From positions 29,018,001 to 29,082,000 of the forward strand of contig CM059432.1 in the NCBI GenBank assembly GCA_030390025.1: 64,000 bases of DNA. Reading direction: 5' to 3'. Source of the stretch: Squalus acanthias. Taxonomy: Eukaryota. Position 1 is the stretch's first letter. Every line of letters starts with the position of its first letter. A program made the translations under genes and the position numbers. Below the pieces are notes generated by a model. It saw only the letters and a list, made by a program, of their open reading frames with translations, had not been told where the DNA came from and made no database searches. Below are positions 12,989 to 26,447 of the stretch, in pieces.

Positions 12989-14819
12989 ATAAAGTGCAGC
13001 ATCCTTAACCATGTAAATCTCCTGATGGATCTGGGATCAGCACCTGTACCTGCCCAGGCTCCTCCTTCTCTCCCTCCAAGCTGCAGGCAGACTGCACTGC
13101 ATTATCTTGTCTGGAGCATTGCAGTCAAGAGGTTTGCCCGCAATGCCAACAGCCAGCATCGATGTCCAGGATCCTCCCTGGAGACTAGTATAAGCAAGGC
13201 TGCCATTTATGCAGTATGATGTTTATTTTGAGCATGTGTGATACTATGTGCCACATTGTCAATTTAATTATTTAACATATTTGACCCAATATCCTGTAGG
13301 GAAAAAAAATCGAACTTAAGGTAAAGATGCTATTGTTGTGACAAAACACTTTTGTGGATCTCTTAATTTATCAACTCCAGGTGCTGTACAACTGCTTTCA
13401 CTTGTGCTAGGGCAATAAGCACCAATTTCCTAGTGCCCCCTGCCCCGCTCCATCAAAATGCTCTCTCCAGGCATGACCCACATTTGGAGAGGCAAACTCT
13501 ATAATTTTACTCCTGCTGGTTTACACAGTTCAAGGGGACACAACACGAGGAATTCACAAGTTCACTATATTAGTAGCTACGCTTTGGTAAATCTGGATTC
13601 CTTCATATTCCGGTCAGGGGCGGTGGACGGATCTTCTGCCTCCCACCCACCATGTCAAGCAAGTCTGTCAGGGGGAGTTTCTGGGCTTCCCTGAGAAATT
13701 CTTCCCTTTACACCCTTGAAAGGCCTCAATAAAAACTCAAGCCAATGGAGTCCTGTAGTAAGTCCCTTTTTGAGGCTTTCTAAAGGGTGGCTCCAATGGG
13801 AACCAAGGAATTAAAAAGAAAAAAATTTTCCTTGTCCCATTTGGGCTTTCAGAACGCTGTGCTCTGTCTTGATAGGGCAGATTAGGTCATGGCGGCCTCT
13901 GCTGATGTACCATTGCAGGCACGAATCTTCCACCCTTTCTGTGCAAATGACCCCACCCCCAGAATTTGGGATGGGTTCTTTGCTCTTGGATGAGAGTGGG
14001 ATGGGATTCCATTCCATCACATTTACACCAGTGGAGCAATTCTCCAGGAATTTCCAGGCCCTAGTGTGGCTGCTTAAAAATTTCGCCCACCACCATTCCG
14101 CATCAAAATTTTAATGACCACACGTGATTTTTTTTGCCTTGTCCAGGGTTGTATTGTTGGTGAAGACATTCAGTATCCATGTGACCAAGTGTCTCTGTTT
14201 GTCTCCCTCCATCTGCCATCTGGAAGAAGTATTTTTATATATTTGTTTTCACTTTATAGTAAATCTTTCCTTCATTTTCCCAATTTTTCCTGATAGTCCA
14301 ATGGTTGTATATTTCCGCTGCTCTCTAGGTTGCCTGTTTCATCTTCCAATGGTGCAAGTGTACCCATTCTTCCTGCTAGTCTGATCACTATAATTTTAAT
14401 TTTCACTTTGGGCGCTATTATAAAATGGGCGATATCGGATCAGCCACCTGTTATACATTTCTCCCGATTTTCATTTCCATTGACGTCATGTACCATCCTG
14501 AAGCAAATTTTCTATTGTTTAAGTTACTCTGGAGGGTCCTTCAATATGTACTTAACAAGGTGATGATAAGATTTACAGTGTGTCCTGTGCTGCCTAATCC
14601 AGTCAGCTAGAGGAGGTCATGCGTAGGATCCCTGGAGCAGAGGGAGAGGCCTACCTATGGCAGACTTAGTCCAACAGCCCCTAGGATGAGGAGATGCCCC
14701 GGAAACAAAAATTCTACCTAATACGGAAATATTTTACCTTGAAAGCACAAAGCAAATCTAGGAAGTCCTGCGGGGAATTCCCTGAACTCTGTCATGTGCA
14801 GTTCATTGGATGCACGCTG

Positions 14820-15170
14820 AACACAACTGAACCAAATATGTAATGCGTTCCTCTAGAATTGAACCCCAGCATTTTGTTTGCACTTTTATGGCCTTATCAA
14901 CTTGTGTTGCTAGCAATTTATGTATCTGTATTATTACTATTTATATTTTTGCTCCTCTACCTCATTTAATTTCTTGCCTTCCAAGGAATAAGTGGCCTTC
15001 TTATTCCAACTACCAAAATGAACCACCTCACACTTTGCTATATTGAATTCAATATGCCATTTATCTGGCCACTCTGCAAGCCTATTTATGTATTCTTGTA
15101 TTTTGGTACAGTCTTCCACATTATAAGCTATAACCGCCAATTTGGTATTATCTGTAAATTTCAACACCAT
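14820..15170 (-). mobile_element. Old CR1 RT fragment
   Basis: KFTDNTKL...IQ..INRL.EW.DKW...FN..KCEV.HFG. Confidence 0.75.
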
Positions 15171-15757
15171 AAAACATAAATAACAACTTGCATTTATATA
15201 GCACCTTTAACAAAGTAAACCATCCGAAGGCACTTCACAGGAGCGTTATCAAACAAAATTTGACACCAAGCTACTTAAGGAGATACTAGAACAGGTGACC
15301 TCCAATTCCTGATTCAAAATCATTTATTGATAAACTACTGTGGTCCCAGCACGGATCCATGAGAGACACCACTTCCCAGTTACCACCACCAACAACAATA
15401 ACATCCTTGTGTTCAAATCCCTCTAAGGGCTTGCCCATCCCTATCTCTGTAACCTCATCCAGCCCTATACCCTCCAAGAACTCTGCAGTTCATCCAACTC
15501 TGGCCTCTTGTGCATCCCTCGCTCCGCGATTGGTAGTTGTTTTTTTCAGCCATCTAGGCCCTAAGCTCTGGAATTCCTGCCCTAAACCTCTCCACCTCCT
15601 TTAAGACCCTCCTTAAAACCTACTTCTTTGACCAAGCTCCTGTCCTAATATCTACTTTTTTGGCTCAGTCTCAAATTTTGTCTGATTATGCTCTTGCAAA
15701 GTGCCTTGGGACGTTTTCCTATGTTAAAGACTCTATATAATTGCAAGTTGCTGCTGT
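15170..15757. mobile_element. L2-derived 3' fragments in both orientations
   Basis: 3' tail tatataaatgcaagttgttg (minus at ~15180, plus at ~15735) and LGPKLWNS.PK motif. Confidence 0.65.
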
Positions 15758-17933
15758 TACCAAGCTTGAGTTTTAAAAATGTGGAAATCTTAAGGGAAAA
15801 ATAAAATATTTTGTGCTTCTGACTCTTCTATTGTCAATAGGGTCATTACAAAGAGGGAGCAGCCACATCCAATTCCACACTGAGAGAATGTGAACTGCAG
15901 CTGTTCTGATGATTTCCTCTATCTTGATGAAACTATGGCCTTGTGCTCTCTGCCCAATGTCTAATCATACAATAGTGTAACCCCGGGCTGTAACAATAAT
16001 GTCCCCTTGTGAACTGAACTTGATATTGTATCTTTCACACATGCCCTCGTGTGTGTTTCTCCAATCTTTCAGTCGCAGACCGAAAACATTTCAGGGACAC
16101 AAAGCCAGATATAAATCATTAAGCTACTATATTTTACAGCAAGTGAAAATACACATGACAGTTATAATCAAAACTCACTTACTTCACTTAATTTCAAATC
16201 CCTCCTTGTGAGTAAGAAAAAGAATAAACCACGCTGCCTGCCCTTGGCTATAGTGGGCTGACTAATACTTGCTTTTGGTCAATCTAGCATTGATATAGAC
16301 CAACGCTCACACAGATTTGGTCAGCATGGGTCTTGCAATAGACTGCCTAGGCCTTTCATGCCTTTCCCTCAGCACACCATCCCAACTGACCATGAACATG
16401 GGTGTTCCTCTCATTAATGTCACTTCTGACTACAAGAAGTGAGTGGGCTGTCCCTCTGCTTTCTTCCCCATTCAGTGATTCACCAGTAGGCCTGTCAATA
16501 AAACCGGCTACTTCCCCCCACCACAAGAGTGGATTCTTGGTGGACAGCCCATGCTGAGCTCAAATGAACAGGTGATCCCAACGATAATAGATGTGGATGT
16601 TTATAGGAAGACTGAAATGCAATAACGTATTAACTATTGCTCCCAGGTCATTGTGTAAAAAACATCTTCAGTGCCTGGCTTATTAACATACAAACTCTCC
16701 TTTGTCTCATTGGCTGCAACATATGGCCGCAACAATAATTTTAAACCTGTGCAAACCCAATTTAATTTAAAACACATCACTTATTTCCAAAGCCTTTATG
16801 TGAAAAAAATGATCAAAAAGATCCTGAAATGTGACAGCGTACAAAGGCAAGGTCAAAGAAATGGGTTTTGAGTAGGCTTTTAAAGGAGAGGACAGAGGTA
16901 ACAAGGTGGATGGGGTTTAGGGAGAGCCTTCCAGACTGTGGTACCGAGATGGCTGAAGGCTCTTGGCTGACTGCAAGGAGCAAATCATACAACATCAGCC
17001 ACCCTGTGACATCTGAGTGAGATTGCCAAATACTGCCAAGTTAAAGACAGCTTTACATCGTGGGCACATGCCCATTAGGAATCATTGTATTAACACTGGC
17101 CAAACTAATTTCATGTAGGACCCTTATAAAAAGCAGAGAGAGGAGACTTTCTTCCCATCAGACTGGACTGGTTTTGAACCTAAATCCCAGAAGTGAAAGA
17201 CCAGTGTTTAGCCCACTGCATCACCCAGTCCCCATCCCAAATCAATCTTGATGCAAATCAATGCAGAGTAGCCAGGCATTTATCATCCACCAGGCTGAGA
17301 CGAGTGGATGTCATCCTGAATGCCTGTTAATCATTCATGTAAGGGAGACTGCAAGCCATTGCTGATCTCAGCCATACCAACACTCAGAGCTGAATGCATT
17401 CCAACCCCCGCATCAGCAAAACCCAGGCATAGTGTAGATTGCATTTCAGCGCTTGGGCCCACTAAAACTAACAGAGAGACCAAATTGTACTCCAACCCTC
17501 AGGCCAATTACATTAACCTGCAACAAAAACAGAAAATGCTGGAAATGCACAGCAAGTTAATCAGCATCTGAAAGAGATTACATAAGGTTAATGTTCTGTG
17601 TGGGACCATTCATCAAGCCCTTGTTCCTGTCTGCTCCAACTCCTCTGCCTGCATGGCCACTCCTCCCAAATCTCACAACAATGATGGAGAGCCTCCTATT
17701 CTCACTTCCCATCCTATCAGCTTCAACTAATGCTAGATCATCAGCTGTTTCCATCATTTACATTACATGTGTCTTCCCCTCCACTCCCATTTCAGTTGAC
17801 ATCACAACTGCCTTGTTCACTCTTCCATCAGCCCCACTACTGGCTGCTTCTACCTTGACACTTTCCTTTGAAAAGACACCTATTCCAATACCTATAGGTT
17901 CATGTTCTCCTATTCCAATACCTATAGGTTCAT

Positions 17934-18078
17934 ACAAAAAGAAAATACTGCAGATGCTGGAAATCTGAAATAAAAACAGAACATGCTGGAGATACTCAGC
18001 AGGTCAGGCAGCATCTGTGAAGAGAGAAACAGAGTTAACGTTTCAGGTCGATGACCTTTCGTTAGAACTTTCGTCAGA
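17934..18078 (-). mobile_element. Short Penelope-type retroposed insertion with hammerhead motif
   Basis: 14-bp TSD acctataggttcat (17920-17933 and 18079-18092); minus strand reads AGTT-CTAACGA-A-AGGTC-ATC-GACCT-GAAAC-GTT-AACT. Confidence 0.75.
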
Positions 18079-18094
18079 ACCTATAGGTTCATGT

Positions 18095-18318
18095 TCTCTT
18101 GGCCAATATTTATCCCTCGACCAACACCACCAAAAAACAGATTATCTGGTTATTATTACATTGTTGTTTATGGGAGCTTGCTATACGCAAATTGGCTGCC
18201 ACGTTTCCTACATTACAACAGTGACTACACTTCAAAAGTATTTCATTGGCTGTAATGTGCTTTGGGACGTCCTGAGGTCGTGAAAGGCACTGTATAAATG
18301 CAAGTCTTTCTTTTTTTT
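18095..18318 (+). mobile_element. Deu-domain SINE, 3' half
   Basis: ggccaatatttatccctc...aaattggctgcc...tataaatgcaagtctttcttt. Confidence 0.8.
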
Positions 18319-18423
18319 GAGATAACATATACCTCCTCCAGTAAATCAATTAACGTACCATTCTCTTTCAGATGCTAACTGACTGGATGTGCCTGGCCAA
18401 CATTTCTATCTTAATTTCATTTA

Positions 18424-18900
18424 AGTGTCAGCTTGGCTCAGTTAGACACTCAGAAGGTTTTCGGCCTGAGCCTGTGTCCAGAACTTGAGCACATAATCTA
18501 GTTTGACACTTCAGTGCAGTAATGAGAGAGTGTTGCATAGCTTTAGTGCAGTGTTATGGGAATAGTGGAGGTGTCCTCTTAAACTGAGGCCCTGTTGGCC
18601 TGTCAGGTTGATGCGAAAGATCTCATGCAGCAAAGGACCCCATAGCACTATTCAAAGAGTAGGGAGTTCTCCTGGCGCCTTGGCTTAATATTTCTCCATC
18701 AACTAACACCACCAATAACAGTTTAACTGGTTTTCTATCTCATTTGCTGTCTGTGAGACCTTGCTATGCTCAAATGGGCTGCAATATTTAGCTGCCTAAT
18801 AACAGTGCCGACACTTCAAAAGCAATCCATCGGATGTGAAGCGATTTGGGACATCCTGAGGATGTAATAAAGTGCTCTATAAATGCAAATTCTTTCTTTT
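18424..18900 (+). mobile_element. Deu-domain tRNA SINE, degenerate full length
   Basis: Head gtgtcagcttggctcagtt (A-box-like), central Deu-like domain, tail ctataaatgcaaattctttctttt. Confidence 0.75.
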
Positions 18901-19734
18901 AGATTTCCAGCATTTCTTTCATTTTATTAACCTATTATATTCAAGCCTATTGCAAAACCTTCCTAACTGGACTAAACTTCTATCATATGGGTTTCTAATC
19001 ACCAATGCAAGTCTATTCAGGTACTTTACAAGTCTCTTACACCGTCACACCTTGCACTATACCCAGTCACTTTCCAAGATGCAAAGCGATTCTTTATGGG
19101 AGCAGTAGGAGGCCATTCAGCCCATGAAGTCGGCTAGGTTAGCCAAGGATAGAGCCACTGGAAAATTGAGAAAAATCATGGCAAAAGTTGCAGGGCTCCT
19201 CCCTCACTTCTTGAAAAGAAATTGCAGGCTATTGTTTGCCAGATATTGGGCAGGTCACAAGACACAGAGTGGCTGTTCACGTTGAACCTGAGGCAGTGCA
19301 GCTCTAAAAATCTGAAAGAATTGGCATTAGCATCGACAAACTTTTGTTTTGTGCTGCTATTTTAAAAAGTATTTTGAGCAGTGATTATACCATCAGGGGT
19401 AATAGTTTGTAAGGGCTTCTGAGCTGAATTAACAGAGTTGATGCTCAATCACCTCTGTGTTCCTGACTGTGTATTCAACAGTAATAATTCAGTGCCCTGC
19501 ACTGTCCAAGATAGGAAGTTCTTCAGCCCAATATTCCAAATTATGTCATTAGTACCTCACCATTTAGGCAGATAACTTTAACGAATTGACAGAAATGGAT
19601 AAAAAGTTGCTGAATGTTTGAGGGGAGTTTTTGACTAAAATGGGTTCTGACAGTAAGACTCCACATTCAAAAGGAATCCCGAGAGTCAGGCTCTCTCTTT
19701 ACAAGAAGCTCCCTGTCAATGGCACAGTTAGTAA

Positions 19735-20740
19735 GTGCACTACACAGTGTAGTATTGTGTCACACGGACCGGGAAGGCTCCTGGCTGGATCACTGGTCTA
19801 TGCTGATGAAGTCATTTTCAGCTGGGGTGCGATGCTACTACCGGTCTCAATAGCCCTGATTTCAACTCGGGGCAGGAGTCATGCAGGCGGGAGCCGAAGT
19901 GGGCAGAAAATCGTCGGTACCTCAGCTGCGTGAGACCAGGGAAATTTTAACTCCTGGGCTTCATCTGCGTAGACCCAGTCAGCTTCCCACCTGAAACTGG
20001 GAAGTGGCAACTTGCCGGCGGACAGGAGTGGAATGTTGGGTGGCAGGAGACCGCCATCTGTAGCGAAGGAACGGTCCCCAGCACTCAAGTAAATCGCGGG
20101 GAAGAAATTCAGGAGAGCCTGATGCTCGGGGGGAGGGAGAAGCCTAAACTTTCCTTGTGGGGCCTGGAGGAGCACTCTTGCTCCTCCTGGCCCCACAGAG
20201 AAAGGAAAGAAAAGTAAACTAACTTACCTTTTTGAGCTTCTTCTAGCCCCGACTCCTCCTCCCGCTGGGTTGGCATGTCAGGAAAGCGACAACGGCTTCT
20301 CCGCGCAAGCCTCTGGTTAAAATAGTATTTGGCTCCTAATGATGTCAGCAGAGCCTGATCTGCATATTTAAAGATGGACGCCACTGGTTTCCGTCAGGTG
20401 TCTCTCCTGCCTGCTCAGAAGAGCAGGTTAAAATTGGAACCTGCAGGAAGAAAGCGGGACCTCAGCAGGTAAGTCCCACGCCCAGCTTCCACCAGGTGGG
20501 GCAGGGTTAAAATTGCCCCTAATGTTCCTGGCTAGGGAAGGGGAAAATGTCATTTATAGTTGCTGTTCCTGATCACTATCGAGTGATGCTCGCTGGAAGC
20601 TGCATGCGTGTCTTGCACATTCACACAGCCTGCTGACACTCACATAGCGTGAATGGCCACTTGGACAAGGTTCCCAGAGCTGCATAAAACCAATTTCCAA
20701 GGATCTTCAGGAGAGGAAGGGAGAAAATTGAAAAAAAAAA
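19735..20740 (+). mobile_element. AmnSINE2-like SINE split by a MITE
   Basis: The halves rejoin as ggtctcaat|gttcctggctagggaagggg across the 19852-20520 insertion. Confidence 0.55.
19852..20520. mobile_element. Harbinger-type MITE
   Basis: Imperfect TIRs (AGCCCTGATTTCAAC / GTTAAAATTGCCCCT), TSD AAT; cleanly interrupts a SINE. Confidence 0.7.
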
Positions 20741-20894
20741 GAGGAGCCCTGATGAATTGGCCCTCTCTTTAGAAGTAGTTTGAATTGTTAGTCCCCTCCA
20801 CCACCCCCCCACCCTCCACCACCCCCCCCGCCCCACCCACCCCCGTTCTTTCCACTTGTCTAGGAGTGAACTCAGCCTGCTTAAACATGCAAGC

Positions 20895-21113
20895 AAAAGG
20901 AAAAAGGACAATGTTGGAAATCGGGAATAAAAACAGTAAATGCTGCAAATACACAGCAGGACTGCGAGCATCTGAAAAGAGAAAAGACAAGTTAAGATTT
21001 AAGAGGGAGCCCTTTCTGAAAGGGCTCCATCTGAAACATTAACATATCTTTGGACCTGTTGTGTATTTCCAGCATCTGTTTTTATTTCAGATTTCTAGCA
21101 TTCGCAGTTTTCC
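20895..21113. repeat. Palindromic Penelope-terminus-like repeat
   Basis: Inverted arms around ggagccctttc/gaaagggctcc; related to 17934-18078. Confidence 0.6.
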
Positions 21114-22719
21114 TAGATAACTAAATGCAGTGCTACTTAAAATCCAGCGCCGTCTGTGTCCCTGTCTCCATGTATATGGAGTACCTTGTGGCCATACATA
21201 TTCATGACTCAGCTAGATATATAAAATATTCACATGATGTTATATGTACCATGTCTAACCCAGCTTTGTAAACATTACAGATGACAAATATATCGGAAAA
21301 AAATTTCAATGTAACATGACAGGGGAGGGTTAAGACTGTGGGGCCCTACACTGGAGTTCATGTCAGTGGCACAGCCCAGCCTAGTCAGCAGAATATTATT
21401 CATCCCTCCAATTGTCTCAAATTCTGTAAATGACTCTGTATAAATCTTTGTCACAAAGTACTCCTGTCAGCAGTATCTGTACTGAGGGGAGAGGGAGGGA
21501 TGGATCGGGAGAAATAAAAAAATGGAAAAAAAAAACATGCAATATATGTCCAATCTTGCACTGAAAAAAACCGAATTAAAACATTTGGATTGTGGAAAGT
21601 GTGATGTCACAGTAGTAAGGCTTAAGGGACTCAGCCGGTCAGGTGACAATTCAAACTATAGCTAATCCTTTCCGCAAACAGTTCAAACAATAATAAAAAA
21701 TAAAAAGGACATTAGCCCCTGCCTTTTTAAATGCTTCCTGATACTTATCCTTCATCATCATATGTATTTTATCTATTAAGTCCTTCTGAGCAAAAAGTCG
21801 GAGCAGCAACTGTAAAATCATTAGGGAGACAACAGAATGCTTTGAGTTTTCATTTTCATTAGAATGTGGCAGGGTGCAGTTGAAATTAAGTCTCATTGCA
21901 GAGTTTGCTACTCTAACTCATTCTTTCCCAGCACCTCAAAATTGTGGAACTCCTCATCTCTCTCAGTTTTCCATCCTCTGGCAATCAGCAGGCATTTAGA
22001 AGCCAAGCTTGGCGTCACCAAATCACTACTTTGTGATTCATCGCATCCTCTCTTTTACTGTTTTCGATTTTAGTCATGTCCTACATTCTGGGTCTTGACC
22101 TTGGTTTCTCAATTTACAAAGTTAAAACATTAACATTCACAGAATTGTAACAGCAGTATGACTGAAACATCTTTTCCATTAACATCTGTATCTAATGATG
22201 GTTAATATATCACTGTCTGGATCCTCCCATATTCATGGGTGATCCTACTAGCTCACACTTTCTTAAATCCAAATTTTTGTTAATTTAACAATTAAAGAAA
22301 CACTTGCACCTTATCATATCTCTCAGAAATTACTCAAAGCACTTTGTATACAAGGAATTACTATTGAAGTGTACTCTTGTTATGTAGGCTACAATGGCAA
22401 CCATTTTGCACGAGGCAAGATCCCACAAGCAACGAGATAAATGACCAGTGCCTTTGGTGGAGTGAGGAATGTTGGATGGGACATCGTGAAAACTCCCTAC
22501 AACCAAGGTGAAAGGTCAAGACTCACAATGCAGGAATGCCACCATAACTGAAAACAATAAAAGAGGAGACAAGGTAAATCACAGAGTTGTGATTTGGTTA
22601 TGTCAAGCTGACACTCAAAATGCAACAGTTGTATTTTTACTAATTACTTTATCAGTTACGTGTTTTTTATATTCAGGTGCTATGATGAGATTGTGTCTGT
22701 AGATCTTTGTAAAGCCCTA

Positions 22720-23543
22720 GGGCTGGATTTTACCAGCCCTGAGGAGGCAGGTCCGGAGGCGGGACTGCTGGGAAAATCCCCCAAAATGGGAGCAGGTCCC
22801 AAACCCGCTCCCAACCCGCCTCCAACCAATCTTCCCGGGAGTCGGGTCCTCGATTTGCGCAGGGACCCAACTCATAGCGGCGGGAAGAGGATTATAGTCA
22901 CTTAACTGCCTGTTAACAGGTAGTTAACAGGCAGTTAAGAGGCTTTTTCCAATTTTTTGACTGCTGCTGCGGGCTTCCCGACGTCGGGGAACCCCGCCAG
23001 GGTAAGTGAGGCGTGCTGTGGGTCTGTTGTTATGTTGGTATTTGGATGACAGCTGCAGAAGTGGTGTGAAGAATGCAATGGGACACTGGTTAGTATCAGA
23101 GGTAAGGAAATGTTGTGAAAGTAATTTTTAATGTGGTTAGATGTTTCTGCAGGTGACAAGCTGTGAAATGTTTGTGTAGCCTCATCTCATCGGGAGAAGT
23201 GACAGATGGCTTCTGCAATCTCAGCTGCAGTTGCCATCTAAGGAGAGAGTAATTGGAGAGTCTGGGTGCAAGGGCTCACCTCAATGCTGTCAAACACTGT
23301 CAAATCATCTGTCAAACAAGTGTGGTGCATATGCCTTTAAGAAAACCAGCAGATGAAGCGTCATCAACTGACGTCATCTGACACCGGCTTTCCCTTAATT
23401 GGCCGGCAAGCCCGCAGGGCGGGCTTAACAAGGCCAATCAGGGCAAAATAGCGTCTGTTCGTCAGAAGTTGCTGGGGGCGGGACTGCAACCCGAAAACCA
23501 GCAGTCCCGCCTCGAACTCGGCCTGGAAGGTAAGATTCTGCCC
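22720..23543. mobile_element. Harbinger-type non-autonomous element
   Basis: TIRs GGGCTGGATTTTACC / GGTAAGATTCTGCCC, TSD CTA; 23280-23440 is an inverted homolog of 24930-25085. Confidence 0.8.
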
Positions 23544-23837
23544 CTAGTGTCCAGAATCTCTGATGCACTCTCACGGGATCTTATGGCTCTTCAAGTTCCT
23601 TAGGTTCCTCCAACTGACAAATGGCAACCAGAAAAAATACCCATACTGCATCAGTACTGTATGAGATTTACTCACTGTCACCCAACTGTGAACTTTAACC
23701 TCTAGGTAAGTACTACAACTGCTGCCAGGGCTGAGATCAGATAATCCAACACAGATTGGGGATCAAACTGGGGATCGTCCTGGTCTGTACGGCTCAGCTA
23801 CTCTTTGTAGAGGTTACAGAATATCATACCCATGCAG

Positions 23838-23950
23838 CAGAGGGCGCTCTTCAGAGGTTGGGGGTGAGGCATTGTTGGGGCAGTATAGAGGGAGTTCTAC
23901 TCTGCAACTAAACCTTGCTGTGCCTGGCCTGGGAGTGCTTGATGCTAAAG
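23838..23950 (+). mobile_element. LF-SINE-like 3' fragment
   Basis: agagggcgctcttcag...ggggtgaggcattgttggggcagtatagagggag...tgctgtgcctg resembles the LF-SINE 3' region as recalled. Confidence 0.35.
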
Positions 23951-25494
23951 TTGCATGACCGAAATGAAAAGTATTCTACTCTCCAACACAAAATTCACTA
24001 AAAAAAATAAAAAGCTAAATATTGCAAAATACGAGATAATCGTTGGACTCCAAGCAACAAAAATAAATGCCCTCAGAGTTAATTCCAGCAATTTCTAACA
24101 ATTTTCAGGCTATCTCTGTGGATGTCACGGTGTGCTAGGCCCAATTACTGCTGCTGAGGGCTTTAAGCTGAGGGTCTGAGCGTGCTCCAATTCAGACAGT
24201 GTGACTGGCCTGATCAATGCTGTGACACCAGAGTGTCTCGAGGGTAATTTCCGAACAACTTGCCGGCTGCTGAACTGTGAACATTATCATCAGCTTTTTT
24301 ATCTGGTTAATATACTGTGCAAACTATATTTATTTATACTATCAGTGTTGACACTAAATAGAAAATTATTGTTCAAAAAGCAATGGCTTTGATGATTTTA
24401 TTTTTGCTTCCAAGCAGACGCCGGGAGAGTGGGGACTCTTCACCCGGCCCCCCCCAAATGTGTAAGCTGCAGTACCACGTCGGTCCTGAAACAAAGTATC
24501 CAAATGTTCACAGACTGTATTTTAATATTTTTGCTGGCGCAGGCTGCCTCAGGGCAAACCAATCTTACAGAAGTGGGCCTCAAACATGCTTTAGACCCCT
24601 TTTTAGGTGGTGTTTTAGTTCCTTTTATTAAATGCACACTGGCTGCCATGTCACCACTGTCACAACCTCAGTAATTTTTTTCCCCCAATCCAATGTTTTC
24701 CCCTCCTTTTCTGAAGACATTGATGTGGGATTTTCTCGTTCATCGGTGAAGAAACTTCTGCCTCCATGAAATGTATAGGCGCATACTCTGGATCGTTGCG
24801 GGCTCACGCATAAAGTTTAAGACCATGGCCGTGATTTCGCCGACTGAGGCGGGTCCGGTGCGGCCGAGGTCGATGGCGGGGTGCAACCATGCTGCTGGCT
24901 CCAGCCCGCTCTGTGAAATTAATTTTACGCTGATTGGGCGCCCAGCGCGTTTCCCGGCCAATTGAAGGAAGAGGGTCTGATGACATCACTTCATGATGCG
25001 TCATCAGCCGGTTTCTTTAAAGGGACCATGCACAAATTTATTTTGACAGTTCTGCTGTCAGTGTTCTACAGCATTGAGGTGCTGCAAACACTGACAAGCA
25101 CTGCACAGACTCACTGGCGGCAGCAGCAGCGAGAGCAGCCCTGGGTGGAGACTGAGCGCAGAGACTGAGGATTTAAAGAGGCGGGGAGAGAGAGAGCGGC
25201 CCAGACTCACCGGCAGCAGCAGCAGCGAGAGCGGCCCTGGGTGGAGACAGAGTGCAGAGACTGAGTGCGGTTTAAACAGAGTGCTGCGAGTTGGTCACAG
25301 ATAAAGTGACGTCACAACCAGGGAAGGAGTTGATTGGTAAATAGGACCAGGTGAGTATTTTTACAGTCCAGTCGTTAAAGTCAAAGTAAGGTCTCTAGTT
25401 TAGAGTAACTAGTTTTTAAAGGGAAGTAAGGTCCCTAGTGTATTTAATATTCTTTAATTTAAAGGAAGTAAAGGGAGTAACTTAAGGGTAGGAC

Positions 25495-26447
25495 ATGGCA
25501 GGGCAGCTCGGCTGTGTGGAGTGCTCCTCCTGTGCTATGTGGGAAGTCAAGGACACTTTAGGTGTCCAGGGCGAACACATGTGCAGGAAGCGTCTCCAGC
25601 TACAGCTACTCGAAATCCGCGTTCCGGAGCTGGAGCTGCAGCTGGAGTCACTGTGGAGCATCCGCGAAGCTGAGATCTTCGTGGATAGCACGTTTAACGA
25701 GGTGGTCACACCGCAGGTAAAGAGTGCACAGGCAATGGGTGACTGCCAGACAGAGTAAAAGAACTAGGAAGGTAGTGCAGGAGTCCCTTGGGTCCATCTC
25801 CCTCTCCAACAGATTTTCCGTTTTGGTTACTGCTGGGGGAGATGGTTTCTCAGGGGATTGCAGCAAGAGCCAAGTCCGTGGCACTACGAGTGGCTCAGCT
25901 GCACAGGAGGGGAGGAAGAGGAGTGGTAGAGCAATAGTGATAGGGGATTCTATCGTAAGGGGAACAGATAGACGTTTCTGTGGCTGCAGACGTGACTCCA
26001 GGATGGTATGTTGCCTCCCTGGTGCCAGGGTCAAGGATGTCACTGAACGGCTGCAGGGCATTCTGAAGGGGGAGGGCGAACAGTCAGAGGTCGTGGTTCA
26101 CATTGGTACCAACGACATGGGTAGAAAGAGGGATGAGGTCCTGCAACAAGAATTTAGGGAGCTAGGTAGCAGATTAAAAAGCAGGACCTCAAAGGTTGTA
26201 ATCTTTGGATTATTCCCGGTGCCATGTGCTAGTGAGTATATGAATAGGAGGATAGAGCAGATGAATGCGTGGCTAAAGAGTTGGTGCAGGAGGGAGGGCT
26301 TTAGTTTCCTGGATCACTGGGTCTGCTTCTGGGGAAGGTGGGACCTGTACAAGTCAGACGGGTTGCACCTGAACCGGAACGGGACCAACATCCTTGTGGG
26401 GAGGTTTGCTAGTACTGTTGCGGGGGGGGGGGGGGGGTTTAAACTAA
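25495..26447 (+). pseudogene. CR1 ORF1: Cys motif, coiled coil and SGNH/GDSL esterase
   Basis: CxxC...C N-terminus, leucine heptads, VIGDSIVR, PGA, HIGTND, DGLHL; frameshift near 25735 and a G16 run at 26422-26437. Confidence 0.9.

Larger units (their letters stand above)
17522..18420. mobile_element. Degenerate Penelope-like element with inverted terminal arms, containing nested insertions
   Basis: Inverted arms (17522-17615 and ~18345-18420) of the aaaatgctggaaa...cagcatctgaaagaga type; internal remnant NNDGEPPILTSHP...FPSTPIS resembles the Penelope linker (P.VLT.HP...FP.PP). Confidence 0.55.

Noticed and set aside
21651..21896. Host coding exon on the minus strand after a ttttacag acceptor
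   Set aside because: No strong donor, no recognisable protein and no partner exons.
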